Counted from the stretch's first letter, positions 18,586-28,627 are shown. The stretch: 64,000 bases of DNA from Candidatus Woesearchaeota archaeon (GCA_038874135.1 JAVZCZ010000001.1:480001-544000), one strand, 5' to 3'. The notes: generated by a model not told the origin, from the letters alone. Program-made: numbers and translations.

Positions 18586-21093
18586 ATGCTTTCGGATAAG
18601 GAGGTTAAAAGGGAGTTGAGAAGGGCTGCTTCTATGGAGCCTGAGAAGTATTATGCAGTTGATTTTCTGAAGGGTCAGGGCTTTTCTCGGCATCAGTGTT
18701 CCAGGTGTGGGAAGTTCTTTTGGAGTGTTGAGGATTCTGATGTCTGCGGAGATCCTGCCTGTTCGGGAGGTTTCAGGTTTATCGGGGATACTCCTGCCAA
18801 GAGGAGGTTGAGCTATGTTGAGGTCTGGGCTGAGTTTTCCAGGTTCTTTTCTGAGAGGGGGTATTCTCCTATTAAGAGGTATCCTGTGGCTGCTAGGTGG
18901 CGCGACGATACTGACTTCGTGCAGGCTTCCATTTATGACTTTCAGCCTTTCGTGGTTTCCGGCGAGGTTGAGCCTCCTGCCAACCCGCTTGTTGTTCCGC
19001 AGTTCTGCCTCCGCTTTAATGATGTGGATAATGTTGGCATAACTGGTGCTCACTATACAGGTTTTGTGATGATTGGCCAGCATGCTTTTACAAGTCCTGA
19101 GGGTTTTGATCAGGAGAGGTATTTTAGGGACATTTTTGAGTGGCTCACGCTCGGGCTTGGAATTCCTAAGGCTGAGTTGAAGTTTCACGAGGACGCTTGG
19201 GCTGGAGGCGGTAATGCCGGTCCCTGTATGGAGTACTTCTGCCGAGGGCTTGAGCTTGGCAATCAGGTTTACATGCGGTATCAGGTTACTGAGGGTGGTC
19301 TTAAGCCTTTGAGGCTTAATGTTCTTGACATGGGTATGGGGCATGAGAGGAATGCCTGGTTTACTAATGCTACGAGCACTAGTTATGAGGCTGTTTTTCC
19401 TGAGGTTATGAAGTATCTTTATGATAGGACCGGCTTTCGTACTGATCAGGCTCTTATGCGGAGGTTCCTACCGTATGCTTCATATCTTAATGCTGATGAG
19501 GTTGAGGATATTGAGGCGGTTTGGGCTGATATTGCAGATAAGCTCGGAGTTTCTAAGGATGAGTTGAAGAATAAGATCTCCAGGTCTGCTGCTCTGTATT
19601 CTATTGCTGAGCACGCGAGGAGTTTGCTATTTGCAATCTCTGACGGGGTTCTCCCCAGTAATGTTGCCGGCGGCTACAATCTTAGGATGCTTCTCAGGCG
19701 GGCTTTATCCCTTATTGAGAGGTACGGCTGGGATGTCTCCCTTGCTGAGGTTTGCAGGATTCATGCTGAGGAGCTTAAGCCTTTGTTCCCGGAGCTTTCG
19801 GAAGGGTTAGATGGTGTGGAGAAGATTCTGAATTATGAAAGGGAGAAGTATCTTGAGAGCAGGAGGAATGCTAAGCGCATTGTGGAAGGCTTGGCTTCTA
19901 AGAGGATTACTGCTGAGCTTCTCGTTCAGCTTTACGACAGTCACGGCATAAGTCCGGATTTTGTCAGGCAGGAGCTCGGAGCTAGGGGCATTAGTGTGGA
20001 CGTTCCTGAAAATTTTTACTCACTACTTTCAGAGAGGCACTCCGTGGGCGTTCAGAAAACTTCAACTAAGAAGGGCGTGCCTCTCGACCTGTCAGGGCTG
20101 CCGCAGACTGAGGCTTTATACTTTGGAGATTACACTCTAACTAAGTTCTCAGCAAGGGTGCTTAGGATTATTGATGGAAGGTATGTCGTGCTGGACAGGA
20201 CTGCTTTTTATCCCACATCTGGAGGGCAGCTGCACGATACCGGCACGCTGGGGAGTTCAAAAGTGTTGGAATGCTTTAAGGATGGGGGTATAATAGTGCA
20301 CCTTGTAGATTCTCCAAGATTTAGGGAAGGCGAATTGGTTGAAGGCGTTGTGGACTTTGAGAGGAGGCTTCAGCTGGCTCAGCATCATACATCTGCTCAC
20401 ATTGTAAATGCTGCTGCCAGGATCGTGCTTGGAAGGCACGTCTGGCAGGCTGGCGCTTCTAAGAGTTTGGAGCACGCTCGTCTGGACATAACCCATTACA
20501 AGCTGCTGGAAAGGCAGGAAGTTGCCAGGATTGAGGAGGAAGCTAACAGGATTGTGCAGGCTGATATTCCGGTGAGGAAGTTTTTCCTTCCAAGGGCTGA
20601 GGCTGAGCGGCGTTACGGATTCTCAATCTATCAGGGCGGCGCTGTTCCCGGCAGGGAGCTGAGGATTGTTGAGATTCCAGGTGTGGATGTGGAAGCGTGC
20701 GGGGGCACGCATCTTAACAGAACTGGAGAGGTTCGCAGCATAAGGATTCTGAGAACTTCAAAGGTTCAGGACGGCATAATAAGAATTGAGTTCGTTTCAG
20801 GAAGGGCTGCTGAAGTGCTCTCTTCTGAGGAGAACAGGATTATAAGTGAGCTCTCAGAAATTCTGAACTGCGAGAGGGAGCAGATTCCCGGAAGGGTTGG
20901 TGAGCTGTTTGACTGGTGGAAGAGGATTGTCAAGAAGGGTGAGGACAAGTTAAAGTTTAAGCTTTCTTCAGAGGAGAGGCTTAAAGCTTCTAATGCTCAG
21001 ATAATCTCGGCTGCTGCTGAGCGTTTGAAAACTCAGCCTGAGCACCTGGTGAAAACGGTTAAGAGGTTCTTAGAAGAGATTAAAAAATCTTAA
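18586..21093 (+). CDS. alaS: alanine--tRNA ligase (archaeal type)
   Basis: ARWRDD..ASIYDFQP, LRFNDVDNVG, DMGMGHER, editing HHTSAH and CGGTH; ATG 18586 preferred because the ORF-track start lies inside the array. Confidence 0.95.
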   Translation: MLSDKEVKRELRRAASMEPEKYYAVDFLKGQGFSRHQCSRCGKFFWSVEDSDVCGDPACSGGFRFIGDTPAKRRLSYVEVWAEFSRFFSERGYSPIKRYPVAARWRDDTDFVQASIYDFQPFVVSGEVEPPANPLVVPQFCLRFNDVDNVGITGAHYTGFVMIGQHAFTSPEGFDQERYFRDIFEWLTLGLGIPKAELKFHEDAWAGGGNAGPCMEYFCRGLELGNQVYMRYQVTEGGLKPLRLNVLDMGMGHERNAWFTNATSTSYEAVFPEVMKYLYDRTGFRTDQALMRRFLPYASYLNADEVEDIEAVWADIADKLGVSKDELKNKISRSAALYSIAEHARSLLFAISDGVLPSNVAGGYNLRMLLRRALSLIERYGWDVSLAEVCRIHAEELKPLFPELSEGLDGVEKILNYEREKYLESRRNAKRIVEGLASKRITAELLVQLYDSHGISPDFVRQELGARGISVDVPENFYSLLSERHSVGVQKTSTKKGVPLDLSGLPQTEALYFGDYTLTKFSARVLRIIDGRYVVLDRTAFYPTSGGQLHDTGTLGSSKVLECFKDGGIIVHLVDSPRFREGELVEGVVDFERRLQLAQHHTSAHIVNAAARIVLGRHVWQAGASKSLEHARLDITHYKLLERQEVARIEEEANRIVQADIPVRKFFLPRAEAERRYGFSIYQGGAVPGRELRIVEIPGVDVEACGGTHLNRTGEVRSIRILRTSKVQDGIIRIEFVSGRAAEVLSSEENRIISELSEILNCEREQIPGRVGELFDWWKRIVKKGEDKLKFKLSSEERLKASNAQIISAAAERLKTQPEHLVKTVKRFLEEIKKS

Positions 21094-21150
21094 TCTTGCA
21101 CTGGACATTTTCTGAAAACATTTAAATTTTGTTTGTGAAACATTTACTTT

Positions 21151-22434
21151 ATGAAGGTTCTCTGCCTTAAATGCAAGGGGCGCGGCTTCTGCGGCAGGGA
21201 GTACTGCCCCGTATATGCTAAGGCAAACTCTATGCTCAAGATAAAGAAGGTTCTGCTTTCAGGAATGAAGGAGGAGTTCTATTCAAAAGCCCCTTCCGTG
21301 CTTGTGGGCAGGAGCGGCTATCCTGATGTGAATGTCGGAATACTCGCACCCCCTGAAGTTCCTGAGCTTCTGGAGCAGGCTGAGCTTTATGATGCTCCCA
21401 GGCTGTGGAGCGGGATGAACTTCTCAGTTGGAAAGATAATTGAGCTTAGGTCTGGCCTTATTAATTCCAGAGCGAGGGCTAGAGTTAATAGTGCATCTTC
21501 CAGGAATTATAGCAGGCTTCTGGAGCTTGCTCAGGAGGTGAGCATGGCTTCTAAGCCCGTGGATGTTGAGATTTATGTTGAGGAGGTTCCCAGGTTCAGG
21601 GTGAACCTGAGCCCTGAGCTGGCTCCTTTTGGTCCTGAGGCGAAGCTTAAGAGCGCCGTGCTTGCTGAGAATCCCAGGGTTAGCCCTGCTGTTGAGAAGG
21701 CAGTTTCAGATTACGACTTGAAGGCGTCTGAGGCGATATCCACACTCTTTTCCAAGGGCTTTGATGAGAATGCTATAGTTAGGCTTTTGAGCACAGGCAC
21801 TCTGGGAGTTAGGAGTGAGAGAAAGCTTGTTCCTACGAGGTGGGCGATAACTGCTGTAGATGATGCTCTCGGCAGGGAGCTGACTGGAGAGGTTAAGCAG
21901 TTTAGCATTTCAGACCCTCTGGCTTTCTTCGGCGGATATCTGGGAAACTATTATCTAGTTCTGCTCTTTCCCGAAGTTTGGAGTTATGAGCTGTTTGAAA
22001 CCTACATGCCAAAGGCTGAGTGGAATCTGAGCAATGAGGTGCAATTCATGACTGACTACGAGCCGTATGAGGGGAGAAGCGCTTATGCTGAGGAGTGCTC
22101 AGGCGGTTATTATGCTGCAAGGCTGGCAATACTTGAAAGGCTTAAAGCTATGAGAAGGCAGGCGTCAGTGCTCGCAATAAGAGTAATTACTGGAGAGTAT
22201 TTCTGCCCGCTTGGAGTGTGGGTTGTGAGGGAGGCTTCTCGTAAGGCGATGTCTTCCAAGCCTTTGGAGTTTGGAGATTCTGCGCTTATGCTCAGGTATG
22301 CTGAAGTTTTTCTTAAGAAGAAGTTTGGACTTGATGCTCATTTAATATTTAAGAGGAGCAGGCTTCTCAGACGCCTCCTTGGACAGGCTAAGCTAACTCA
22401 GTTCTTCTCTTCAGGAGAAGCAAAAAGTATTTAA
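21151..22434 (+). CDS. Nre family DNA repair protein (NreA-like)
   Basis: N-terminal CLKCKGRGFCGREYCP, LVPTRWAITAVD, GGYYAARL, PLGVWVVRE, C-terminal PIP box QAKLTQFF. Confidence 0.9.
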   Translation: MKVLCLKCKGRGFCGREYCPVYAKANSMLKIKKVLLSGMKEEFYSKAPSVLVGRSGYPDVNVGILAPPEVPELLEQAELYDAPRLWSGMNFSVGKIIELRSGLINSRARARVNSASSRNYSRLLELAQEVSMASKPVDVEIYVEEVPRFRVNLSPELAPFGPEAKLKSAVLAENPRVSPAVEKAVSDYDLKASEAISTLFSKGFDENAIVRLLSTGTLGVRSERKLVPTRWAITAVDDALGRELTGEVKQFSISDPLAFFGGYLGNYYLVLLFPEVWSYELFETYMPKAEWNLSNEVQFMTDYEPYEGRSAYAEECSGGYYAARLAILERLKAMRRQASVLAIRVITGEYFCPLGVWVVREASRKAMSSKPLEFGDSALMLRYAEVFLKKKFGLDAHLIFKRSRLLRRLLGQAKLTQFFSSGEAKSI

Positions 22435-22459
22435 AGAGTTCCAGTTTGCGATATCTTAT

Positions 22460-22537
22460 AGCGGGGTAGAGCAGACAGGAGTGCTCGGCGGGCTCATAAC
22501 CCGCAGGTCGGCGGTTCAAATCCTCCCCCCGCTACCA
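22460..22537 (+). tRNA. initiator tRNA-Met (CAU)
   Basis: A1-U72, three consecutive G-C pairs in the anticodon stem GCGGG-CTCATAA-CCCGC, encoded CCA. Confidence 0.95.
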
Positions 22538-22608
22538 TTTTTTCATGTTTTTCTCACACTTCGGTTATATTTTTATATCTGTAAAGATAAGCTGGTTAAG
22601 GGGGTTTT

Positions 22609-23028
22609 ATGAAAAGGTTTGAATTCCTTCCAAAGACTGCTGATGTAAAGCTGAGGGCTTTCGGCAGAAGTTTTGAGGAAGCGTTAGAAAACGCTGCCCA
22701 GGCGATGACCTCTCTGATGGTAGAAGGCTCAGTGAAAGGAACAACTAAGCGGGAAATTGAAGTGGTTTCAGATTCTAGAGAGGAGTTGGCAGTGAAATTT
22801 TTAGAGGAGCTTCTCTTCTTAAGAGATTCTGAGGGCTTACTCCTCTCCAAGGTTGAAGGGATTAGGGTTAAGAGAGAGAAAATGCGATTCAAGCTTAATG
22901 CTGTCATAACTTTTGATTCAATAAGAAATTATGAGTATAGAGAGGTTGTTAAGGCGGTTACTTTCAACGAGCTTAGACTGTTTAGAAGTGGGAACAAAGT
23001 AGTCTTACAGGTTGTGCTGGACACTTGA
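22609..23028 (+). CDS. archease
   Basis: TADV...VKAVTF...VVLD; adjacent to rtcB. Confidence 0.92.
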   Translation: MKRFEFLPKTADVKLRAFGRSFEEALENAAQAMTSLMVEGSVKGTTKREIEVVSDSREELAVKFLEELLFLRDSEGLLLSKVEGIRVKREKMRFKLNAVITFDSIRNYEYREVVKAVTFNELRLFRSGNKVVLQVVLDT

Positions 23029-23042
23029 AGGAGGTGCTAAGG

Positions 23043-24464
23043 ATGGAGGTTCGCAGGGTTAATGATATGATTTGGGAGATTCCCAAGAGCGGGCAGATGA
23101 GGGTGCCTGCAAGGGTGTACGCTTCAGAGGAGCTTCTCAGGAAGATGAAGGAGGATAAGACGCTGCAGCAGCTGGCGAACGTGGCTTCCCTTCCTGGAAT
23201 TTTAAAATACGCTATAGCGATGCCCGACGCTCATGAGGGTTACGGCTTCCCGATAGGCGGAGTCGCTGCCTTTGACATTGAAGATGGGATAATCTCCCCT
23301 GGAGGCGTCGGCTACGACATAAACTGCTCTGTTAGGCTTGTTAGAACTGAATACCACGAGAGGAACATCTCTGCAAAGAAAAAGGAGCTCCTAGATGCGA
23401 TATTCAGGGAGGTGCCAGCAGGTCTTGGAAAGGAGAGTGCAATACGCCTCTCTAAGGATGAGGTTAGAGAGCTAGTGGAGAAGGGAGCGGAATGGGCTGT
23501 TGAACACGGTTATGGCTTCAGAAGGGACTTGGAAAGAGTTGAAGAGAACGGGAGGATGAGGGATGCTGATGCAAGATTCGTTTCTGAAAGGGCGATCAGG
23601 AGGGGCGTACCCCAGCTCGGAACCCTTGGGAGTGGAAACCACTTTCTGGAAATACAAAGGGTGGACCGAATCTACAATGAGAAGACTGCTAGGGCTTTCG
23701 GAATAGACGCTGAAGGGCAAATAACAGTCATGATACACTGCGGAAGCAGAGGGCTTGGCCACCAAGTAGCTTCAGATTATATAGAACTCATGGAGAAGAA
23801 GTACGAATATGCGCACCTTCCCGACAGGGAGCTTGTGAACGCGCCTATAAATTCCGAGCTTGGTCAGAGGTATTATAAGGCTATGAGTGCTGCTGCAAAC
23901 TTCGCATTTGCTAACAAGCAGATGATTACGCACTGGGTGCGCTCAGTGTTTGAAAAGGTGTTGGGCTCATCCGAAAAAATGGAAGTAGTCTATGATGTCT
24001 GCCACAACATTGCAAAATTTGAAAAGCACAATGTTGAAGGCGAGCTTAGAAGGGTTTGCGTGCACAGAAAGGGGGCAACGCGCTCCTTCGGAGCCGGCAG
24101 GGAGGAAGTGCCTGAAGCGTACAGGAGCTTCGGTCAGCCTGTTATAATTCCCGGAAGCATGGGCACTGCCTCATACCTCTTAGTTGGAACAAGAACTGCT
24201 GAAGAGATAAGCTTCGGCTCAACTGCTCACGGAGCTGGAAGGGTTTCAAGCAGGTCTGCAGCGCTTAGGAACATAAGAGGAGAAGAGGTTGCCAAAGAAT
24301 TAGAGGCTAAGGGCATATCTGTCAGGGGTGTCTCGTGGAAGGGAATTGCCGAAGAGGCTCCTTCGGTTTATAAAGATATTGATGAAGTTGTAAGGGTTTC
24401 AAACTCATTAGGCATAGGAAACCTCGTAGCTAGGCTTGTACCTATTGCAGTAATGAAAGGATAA
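23043..24464 (+). CDS. rtcB: RNA-splicing/repair ligase RtcB
   Basis: MPDAHEGYGFPIG, GYDINC, GSGNHFLE, HCGSRG, HRKGAT, HGAGR, EEAPSVYK. Confidence 0.97.
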   Translation: MEVRRVNDMIWEIPKSGQMRVPARVYASEELLRKMKEDKTLQQLANVASLPGILKYAIAMPDAHEGYGFPIGGVAAFDIEDGIISPGGVGYDINCSVRLVRTEYHERNISAKKKELLDAIFREVPAGLGKESAIRLSKDEVRELVEKGAEWAVEHGYGFRRDLERVEENGRMRDADARFVSERAIRRGVPQLGTLGSGNHFLEIQRVDRIYNEKTARAFGIDAEGQITVMIHCGSRGLGHQVASDYIELMEKKYEYAHLPDRELVNAPINSELGQRYYKAMSAAANFAFANKQMITHWVRSVFEKVLGSSEKMEVVYDVCHNIAKFEKHNVEGELRRVCVHRKGATRSFGAGREEVPEAYRSFGQPVIIPGSMGTASYLLVGTRTAEEISFGSTAHGAGRVSSRSAALRNIRGEEVAKELEAKGISVRGVSWKGIAEEAPSVYKDIDEVVRVSNSLGIGNLVARLVPIAVMKG

Positions 24465-24473
24465 AAGTGCAAC

Positions 24474-25391
24474 ATGAAGCCAACACTTAAGAAAATTTTG
24501 TCACTCATAAGCGCCTCCCTGATTGGCCTATACTCAGTCAGCATGTGCAGCTACGAACTGAGCAAGCGTGGGCTGAGCAGGCCTGAAAGGCGGGATTATG
24601 AGGTTGCAATCTCACTTCACAACCACACTCCTTTCTTAAAAAGTGCAGATGCTGGACTTGAGGAGCTAGTGGAATGCGCTTTCAAGCAGGACATAGACAT
24701 TCTAGCATTGACAGATGCGAATAGTGAAGAAAATTTCTATTACCTTAAGGATAAGTATTCCGGCGTGCTATCAGGATATAATGTTCAAGACTTAGGCTCA
24801 GTATTGAAGATTTCTAAGATTAGTGATTCTGAAGATGTAATTTACATCCTAGCCGGCTACGAGTTTCACAGGCCTTCCGGACATATCCTAATAATCGGTC
24901 AGAATTGTAGGATAAATCTTGATTGTAAAAGCACGAGCGAGGATGCTATCCTTGCGGGGAAAAATTCTGGAGCCATCGTGATAATTCCACACCCTTTTGT
25001 TACTTCCTGGAATGTCGGGGGTGTTGGTGAAGATAAGCTTAAGGAACTTTATAATGAAGTTGATGCAATAGAATCATTCAACGCTCAGGCAGTCTGTATA
25101 TATCCGATAATTGCGGACCTACACCAAGCGAATTTGAAAGCTAGTAATTTTTGTGAAGAATTAAAGGTTCCCGGAGTTTCAAATTCTGATTCTCATATTG
25201 CATCTCATGTTGGGCTATCTTACATTCTTGTGGATAAAAGCAAAATTGACTTCAGCAGTGGAGAAGCAATTGTAAATTCTCTTAGAAATGTCATAAGGAG
25301 TGGCGAGTTTAGGAATTATGAGAGGTATGCTTCCTGGTTTGAGACTGTGCGCTGGGCTGCAATTTCCAGAATTCTTAGCAGGAAGAGATGA
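24474..25391 (+). CDS. PHP-domain phosphoesterase with N-terminal hydrophobic anchor
   Basis: LHNHT, ALTD, GYE, GHI, IPHPF, IESFN, NSDSH. Confidence 0.8.
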   Translation: MKPTLKKILSLISASLIGLYSVSMCSYELSKRGLSRPERRDYEVAISLHNHTPFLKSADAGLEELVECAFKQDIDILALTDANSEENFYYLKDKYSGVLSGYNVQDLGSVLKISKISDSEDVIYILAGYEFHRPSGHILIIGQNCRINLDCKSTSEDAILAGKNSGAIVIIPHPFVTSWNVGGVGEDKLKELYNEVDAIESFNAQAVCIYPIIADLHQANLKASNFCEELKVPGVSNSDSHIASHVGLSYILVDKSKIDFSSGEAIVNSLRNVIRSGEFRNYERYASWFETVRWAAISRILSRKR

Positions 25392-25392
25392 A

Positions 25393-25995
25393 TCATATGT
25401 CTATTATCTTTCCCTTCCTACCTACATTTATGACGCGCGTTTTGCCTATCATCTCTTCAAGGCCTTCTGCCTCGTGCACGTGACTGCACAGCAGGATGTC
25501 AGGCTTCAAGCGCTCAACCGCTCTTCTGACGCCGTCACTTCCCTTGAAGAAGTCTGTCATCTTTTCCATTAGCGTGCCTGAGGGGTGAACGTGAGTTACC
25601 ATTATCTTCTTATCAGCATCCCTCACTCCTTCAAAGCCCTTTTTGAGCAGGTTGTATATCTCAGATTCGGAAAGTTTGAAAAGGCCTATGTTGGCGCCGC
25701 CAGCTCCGAATATTCCTACATTCTTATACCTTACTGAGTAGCCGTGAAGGTTAACTGCTCCATAGAGCCTTGAAAGGAAGTCTGCAGTGGCTAAAGTCTC
25801 GTGGTTTCCGGGCACTAGCAGAACTTTCTTATTCTTCTTCACGAAGGGACCTATAAGGTTCTCTGTTGAGCGCTCACCATATGTTATGTCGCCGCATATT
25901 ACCACTAAGTCAACATTCTTCTTTTCAGCCTCTTCAGCCAGCTTCTTGGCAAGCCCGACATCTCCGTGGATGTCCCCAAATGCTAGAATTCTCAT
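25393..25995 (-). CDS. calcineurin-like metallophosphoesterase
   Basis: DIHG, GDIT, GNHE, THVHP, SHVHE. Confidence 0.9.
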   Translation of the reverse strand: MRILAFGDIHGDVGLAKKLAEEAEKKNVDLVVICGDITYGERSTENLIGPFVKKNKKVLLVPGNHETLATADFLSRLYGAVNLHGYSVRYKNVGIFGAGGANIGLFKLSESEIYNLLKKGFEGVRDADKKIMVTHVHPSGTLMEKMTDFFKGSDGVRRAVERLKPDILLCSHVHEAEGLEEMIGKTRVINVGRKGKIIDI

Positions 25996-26621
25996 TTTCT
26001 TATTATTCCCTTAATCACTTTTGATATTGGAAGAATTTCCCTCTTTTGAGCCCTGCTAACTATTCTGACCTGCTCTCCGGAAAGGTCTATGATTGTTGAT
26101 GGATACCCCTTCTTTTCCCCTTCATAAATTATCAGGTCCATCTTTTCTTTTATCTCGGGGTTAAGATTTTCAAGAGAAGTCATAAACTCCTCTCCGGTTA
26201 TGTTAGCACTAGTTGTCACTACAGGTATTCCGAGCTGGCTTACAAATTCTGAAAACCAGTGGTTCGGAATTCTGACACCAATCGTCTCCCAGCCGTTATT
26301 GACTTCCTTGGCAACTGCGTTTCTATTCTTAAGCTTGAATATTAGGGTGTATGGGCCTGGCAGCTTCTTTATCCATTCTTCTGCAAATTGCGGGACTACG
26401 CAGTTCCTGTATATCCAGTCAATGTTTGGAATTATTATTGAGAATGGCATTATCTCCCTCTTTTTGATTGTTCTAACCCGCTGAACGCATTTGCTCTTGT
26501 TTGCCACGCACCCTATCCCGTAGATTGTATCTGTCGGGTGTATGAAGATTGCACCCTGTCTTATTATCTCTAGGAATCTTTGCTTGTTTAGTATGAATTC
26601 CTCTTTTGAAACTATTTCCAT
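25992..26621 (-). CDS. L-threonylcarbamoyladenylate synthase (TsaC/YrdC domain, short form)
   Basis: PTDTIYGIG, KKR, PGPYT, GVRIP, TTSAN, PSTIID; likely start ATG 26621. Confidence 0.9.
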   Translation of the reverse strand: MEIVSKEEFILNKQRFLEIIRQGAIFIHPTDTIYGIGCVANKSKCVQRVRTIKKREIMPFSIIIPNIDWIYRNCVVPQFAEEWIKKLPGPYTLIFKLKNRNAVAKEVNNGWETIGVRIPNHWFSEFVSQLGIPVVTTSANITGEEFMTSLENLNPEIKEKMDLIIYEGEKKGYPSTIIDLSGEQVRIVSRAQKREILPISKVIKGIIRK

Positions 26622-26680
26622 AAGAAAAAGAGAGTGTTCATGAAGTTTAAAAATATTGTTAAAATTTATAAGATAGATGC

Positions 26681-27133
26681 TTATTTGATGCATATCTTGA
26701 GGCTTGCCTTAAGCGGCTTTCCCTGCAATGTTGCCAGAACCACTTCTCCTGAATTCAGGTTTGAGCATTTGGAAAGCTTGTTTATCTCCATTATCTGGCT
26801 CTCTCCATAACTTGCTGTGAATTTGTAGTCTTCCTTTCTCACTCCGAGAGAGCTGTCAAGTATTTGGGTAACTACTTGTTTTACATTTTCACACTCCTTA
26901 CTTTGAGGGTCTTCGCCGCATTTTTCAAGCGCATCCTTTATTGTACCTTCTCCGTAGCTCGTACTTACCAAGGCGTTTACAAAGCTCCAGGCAAGTTTGC
27001 TATACTGAACTTCTTTTGTGACTGAAGGCTTTTTTGCATTTGAAGAGGTCAGTCCCACTACAAAGAGTACTAAGAGAATTAAGATCACTACTGCAATTGC
27101 GATTCCCAATATTTCCGTCTGCGCCCGTCTCAT
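26681..27133 (-). CDS. pilin-like protein with class III signal peptide
   Basis: MRRA|QTEILGIAIAVVILILLVLFVV. Confidence 0.7.
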   Translation of the reverse strand: MRRAQTEILGIAIAVVILILLVLFVVGLTSSNAKKPSVTKEVQYSKLAWSFVNALVSTSYGEGTIKDALEKCGEDPQSKECENVKQVVTQILDSSLGVRKEDYKFTASYGESQIMEINKLSKCSNLNSGEVVLATLQGKPLKASLKICIK

Positions 27134-27609
27134 ATGTAAACCCTCACAGAGAGCATCCCAAAAGAGTACTGTTCTGAAGTTGCATTGTATGCTGTAACTG
27201 GAAATTCAAACAGAGTACTGCTTTTTCCCTTTCCATTTGTAATAATAAATGTGCCAACCTCAGGGTATATCAGAGAGAGCTTTATCTCATAGTTGTATGC
27301 TCTGGAAGAATATGCGCCAAATGCGGTTGAGTAGAATATGTTTTTCTCCTTTTGTTTAAAAACTAAAAACTTATAGATGTCTATGCAGTTCTGCACATCG
27401 CATCTTATCTCAGGCATGTTAAGAATAACCTGAGCAAGGGCAGCTGCTTGAAGCTCTCTCCTATCATTCAGCTGCTGAGATGACAACTCCTGCTGTTTTT
27501 TTGACAAGAACAGCATTGCAAAGAGTATTAGGGCTGTAAAGAAGACTACGGCAAGTATTACTTCTAACATTCTTCCCTGAGCCTTCCCTTTTAGTAAATT
27601 GTTGGGCAT
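27130..27609 (-). CDS. pilin-like protein with class III signal peptide
   Basis: KGKA|QGRMLEVILAVVFFTALILF. Confidence 0.65.
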   Translation of the reverse strand: MPNNLLKGKAQGRMLEVILAVVFFTALILFAMLFLSKKQQELSSQQLNDRRELQAAALAQVILNMPEIRCDVQNCIDIYKFLVFKQKEKNIFYSTAFGAYSSRAYNYEIKLSLIYPEVGTFIITNGKGKSSTLFEFPVTAYNATSEQYSFGMLSVRVYI

Positions 27610-28616
27610 GAGTTCCTCTCCATCATACTTTCTCTTGAAGATATTTTTTGGATGTGACTCTCAAGCTGGGAGAATGTTGAACTATCAGGCTTTAATATTT
27701 GAGGACTGCTGAGGAAGTCGGCATATGCCAAGAGTTCATTTTTCGCTTCTTGAAGGCTCACCTTGCAAACATTACTCTCAACAAAATTAGAAAGCATAAC
27801 TGCACGCTGGGCAGAAAGGTTAATTATCCCGACCAAACGGTTAAGCGCCTTATTAGCGGAGCAGGAATACTCATCAGCATTTTCAGAAAGAACTGCTCCA
27901 GCCATCATCTCGTCACTGAGGTATGCTAATGTATTATGCCCTGTTGGAGTGTAGTAGGTTACGGTTCCAAAGGAGTTCTTTTCTGAGCTTATCTTAACAA
28001 CTGAGACCTGAGTGTTTATCATCTTTTTTACACTGTCTGGCGGTTCCTCATTGAAGTAAACTATCCTAACGCTTTTTCCCTTCCTGCGCTGTATTGCTGA
28101 GGTTATTGATTCAACCTCACCAACTTCTGAAATGTCAGTTCCTTCGGGAAGTATGCGTTTGAGCAGTGGGATCATATAGTCATTTTGCGGGTTTCTGACA
28201 AGCAGGTAGCTATCTGCGGGAGATGTTAGTAGGATTATGCTTCCCGCATTCATGGGTATTTGCCAAGATATGCTCTTCATAAATATGCTGCCAGAATCAG
28301 AGGATAGTTTTTTAGGAGCAAACGCAGAGCCAATATCAACTGGCTGGATTTTTTCATGAACTTGAATTCCGCCATCCTCGCAGCTAAAGGTTGCAGATAG
28401 TTTTCCAAGGTTGATTTGCAAGTAGGACTCCTTCTGAGATGAAGAGTACGCGCTGAGCACTGCAGATTCTAATGAGTCTCTTACTGCAATTGCTTGGTTC
28501 AGTTCTGAGGCTGAGCGTTGTACGGAGATAAATTTGAAAATTACAAACAAGAAGACTCCCGCTCCTATCAGAACATATATCCAGTTTATCTGAGTTTCTA
28601 CTTCAGCCCTTTTCAT
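27591..28616 (-). CDS. larger pilin-like protein with class III-like signal peptide
   Basis: MKRA|EVETQINWIYVLIGAGVFLFVIF. Confidence 0.6.
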   Translation of the reverse strand: MKRAEVETQINWIYVLIGAGVFLFVIFKFISVQRSASELNQAIAVRDSLESAVLSAYSSSQKESYLQINLGKLSATFSCEDGGIQVHEKIQPVDIGSAFAPKKLSSDSGSIFMKSISWQIPMNAGSIILLTSPADSYLLVRNPQNDYMIPLLKRILPEGTDISEVGEVESITSAIQRRKGKSVRIVYFNEEPPDSVKKMINTQVSVVKISSEKNSFGTVTYYTPTGHNTLAYLSDEMMAGAVLSENADEYSCSANKALNRLVGIINLSAQRAVMLSNFVESNVCKVSLQEAKNELLAYADFLSSPQILKPDSSTFSQLESHIQKISSRESMMERNSCPTIY

Positions 28617-28627
28617 TTTTATCAGAA

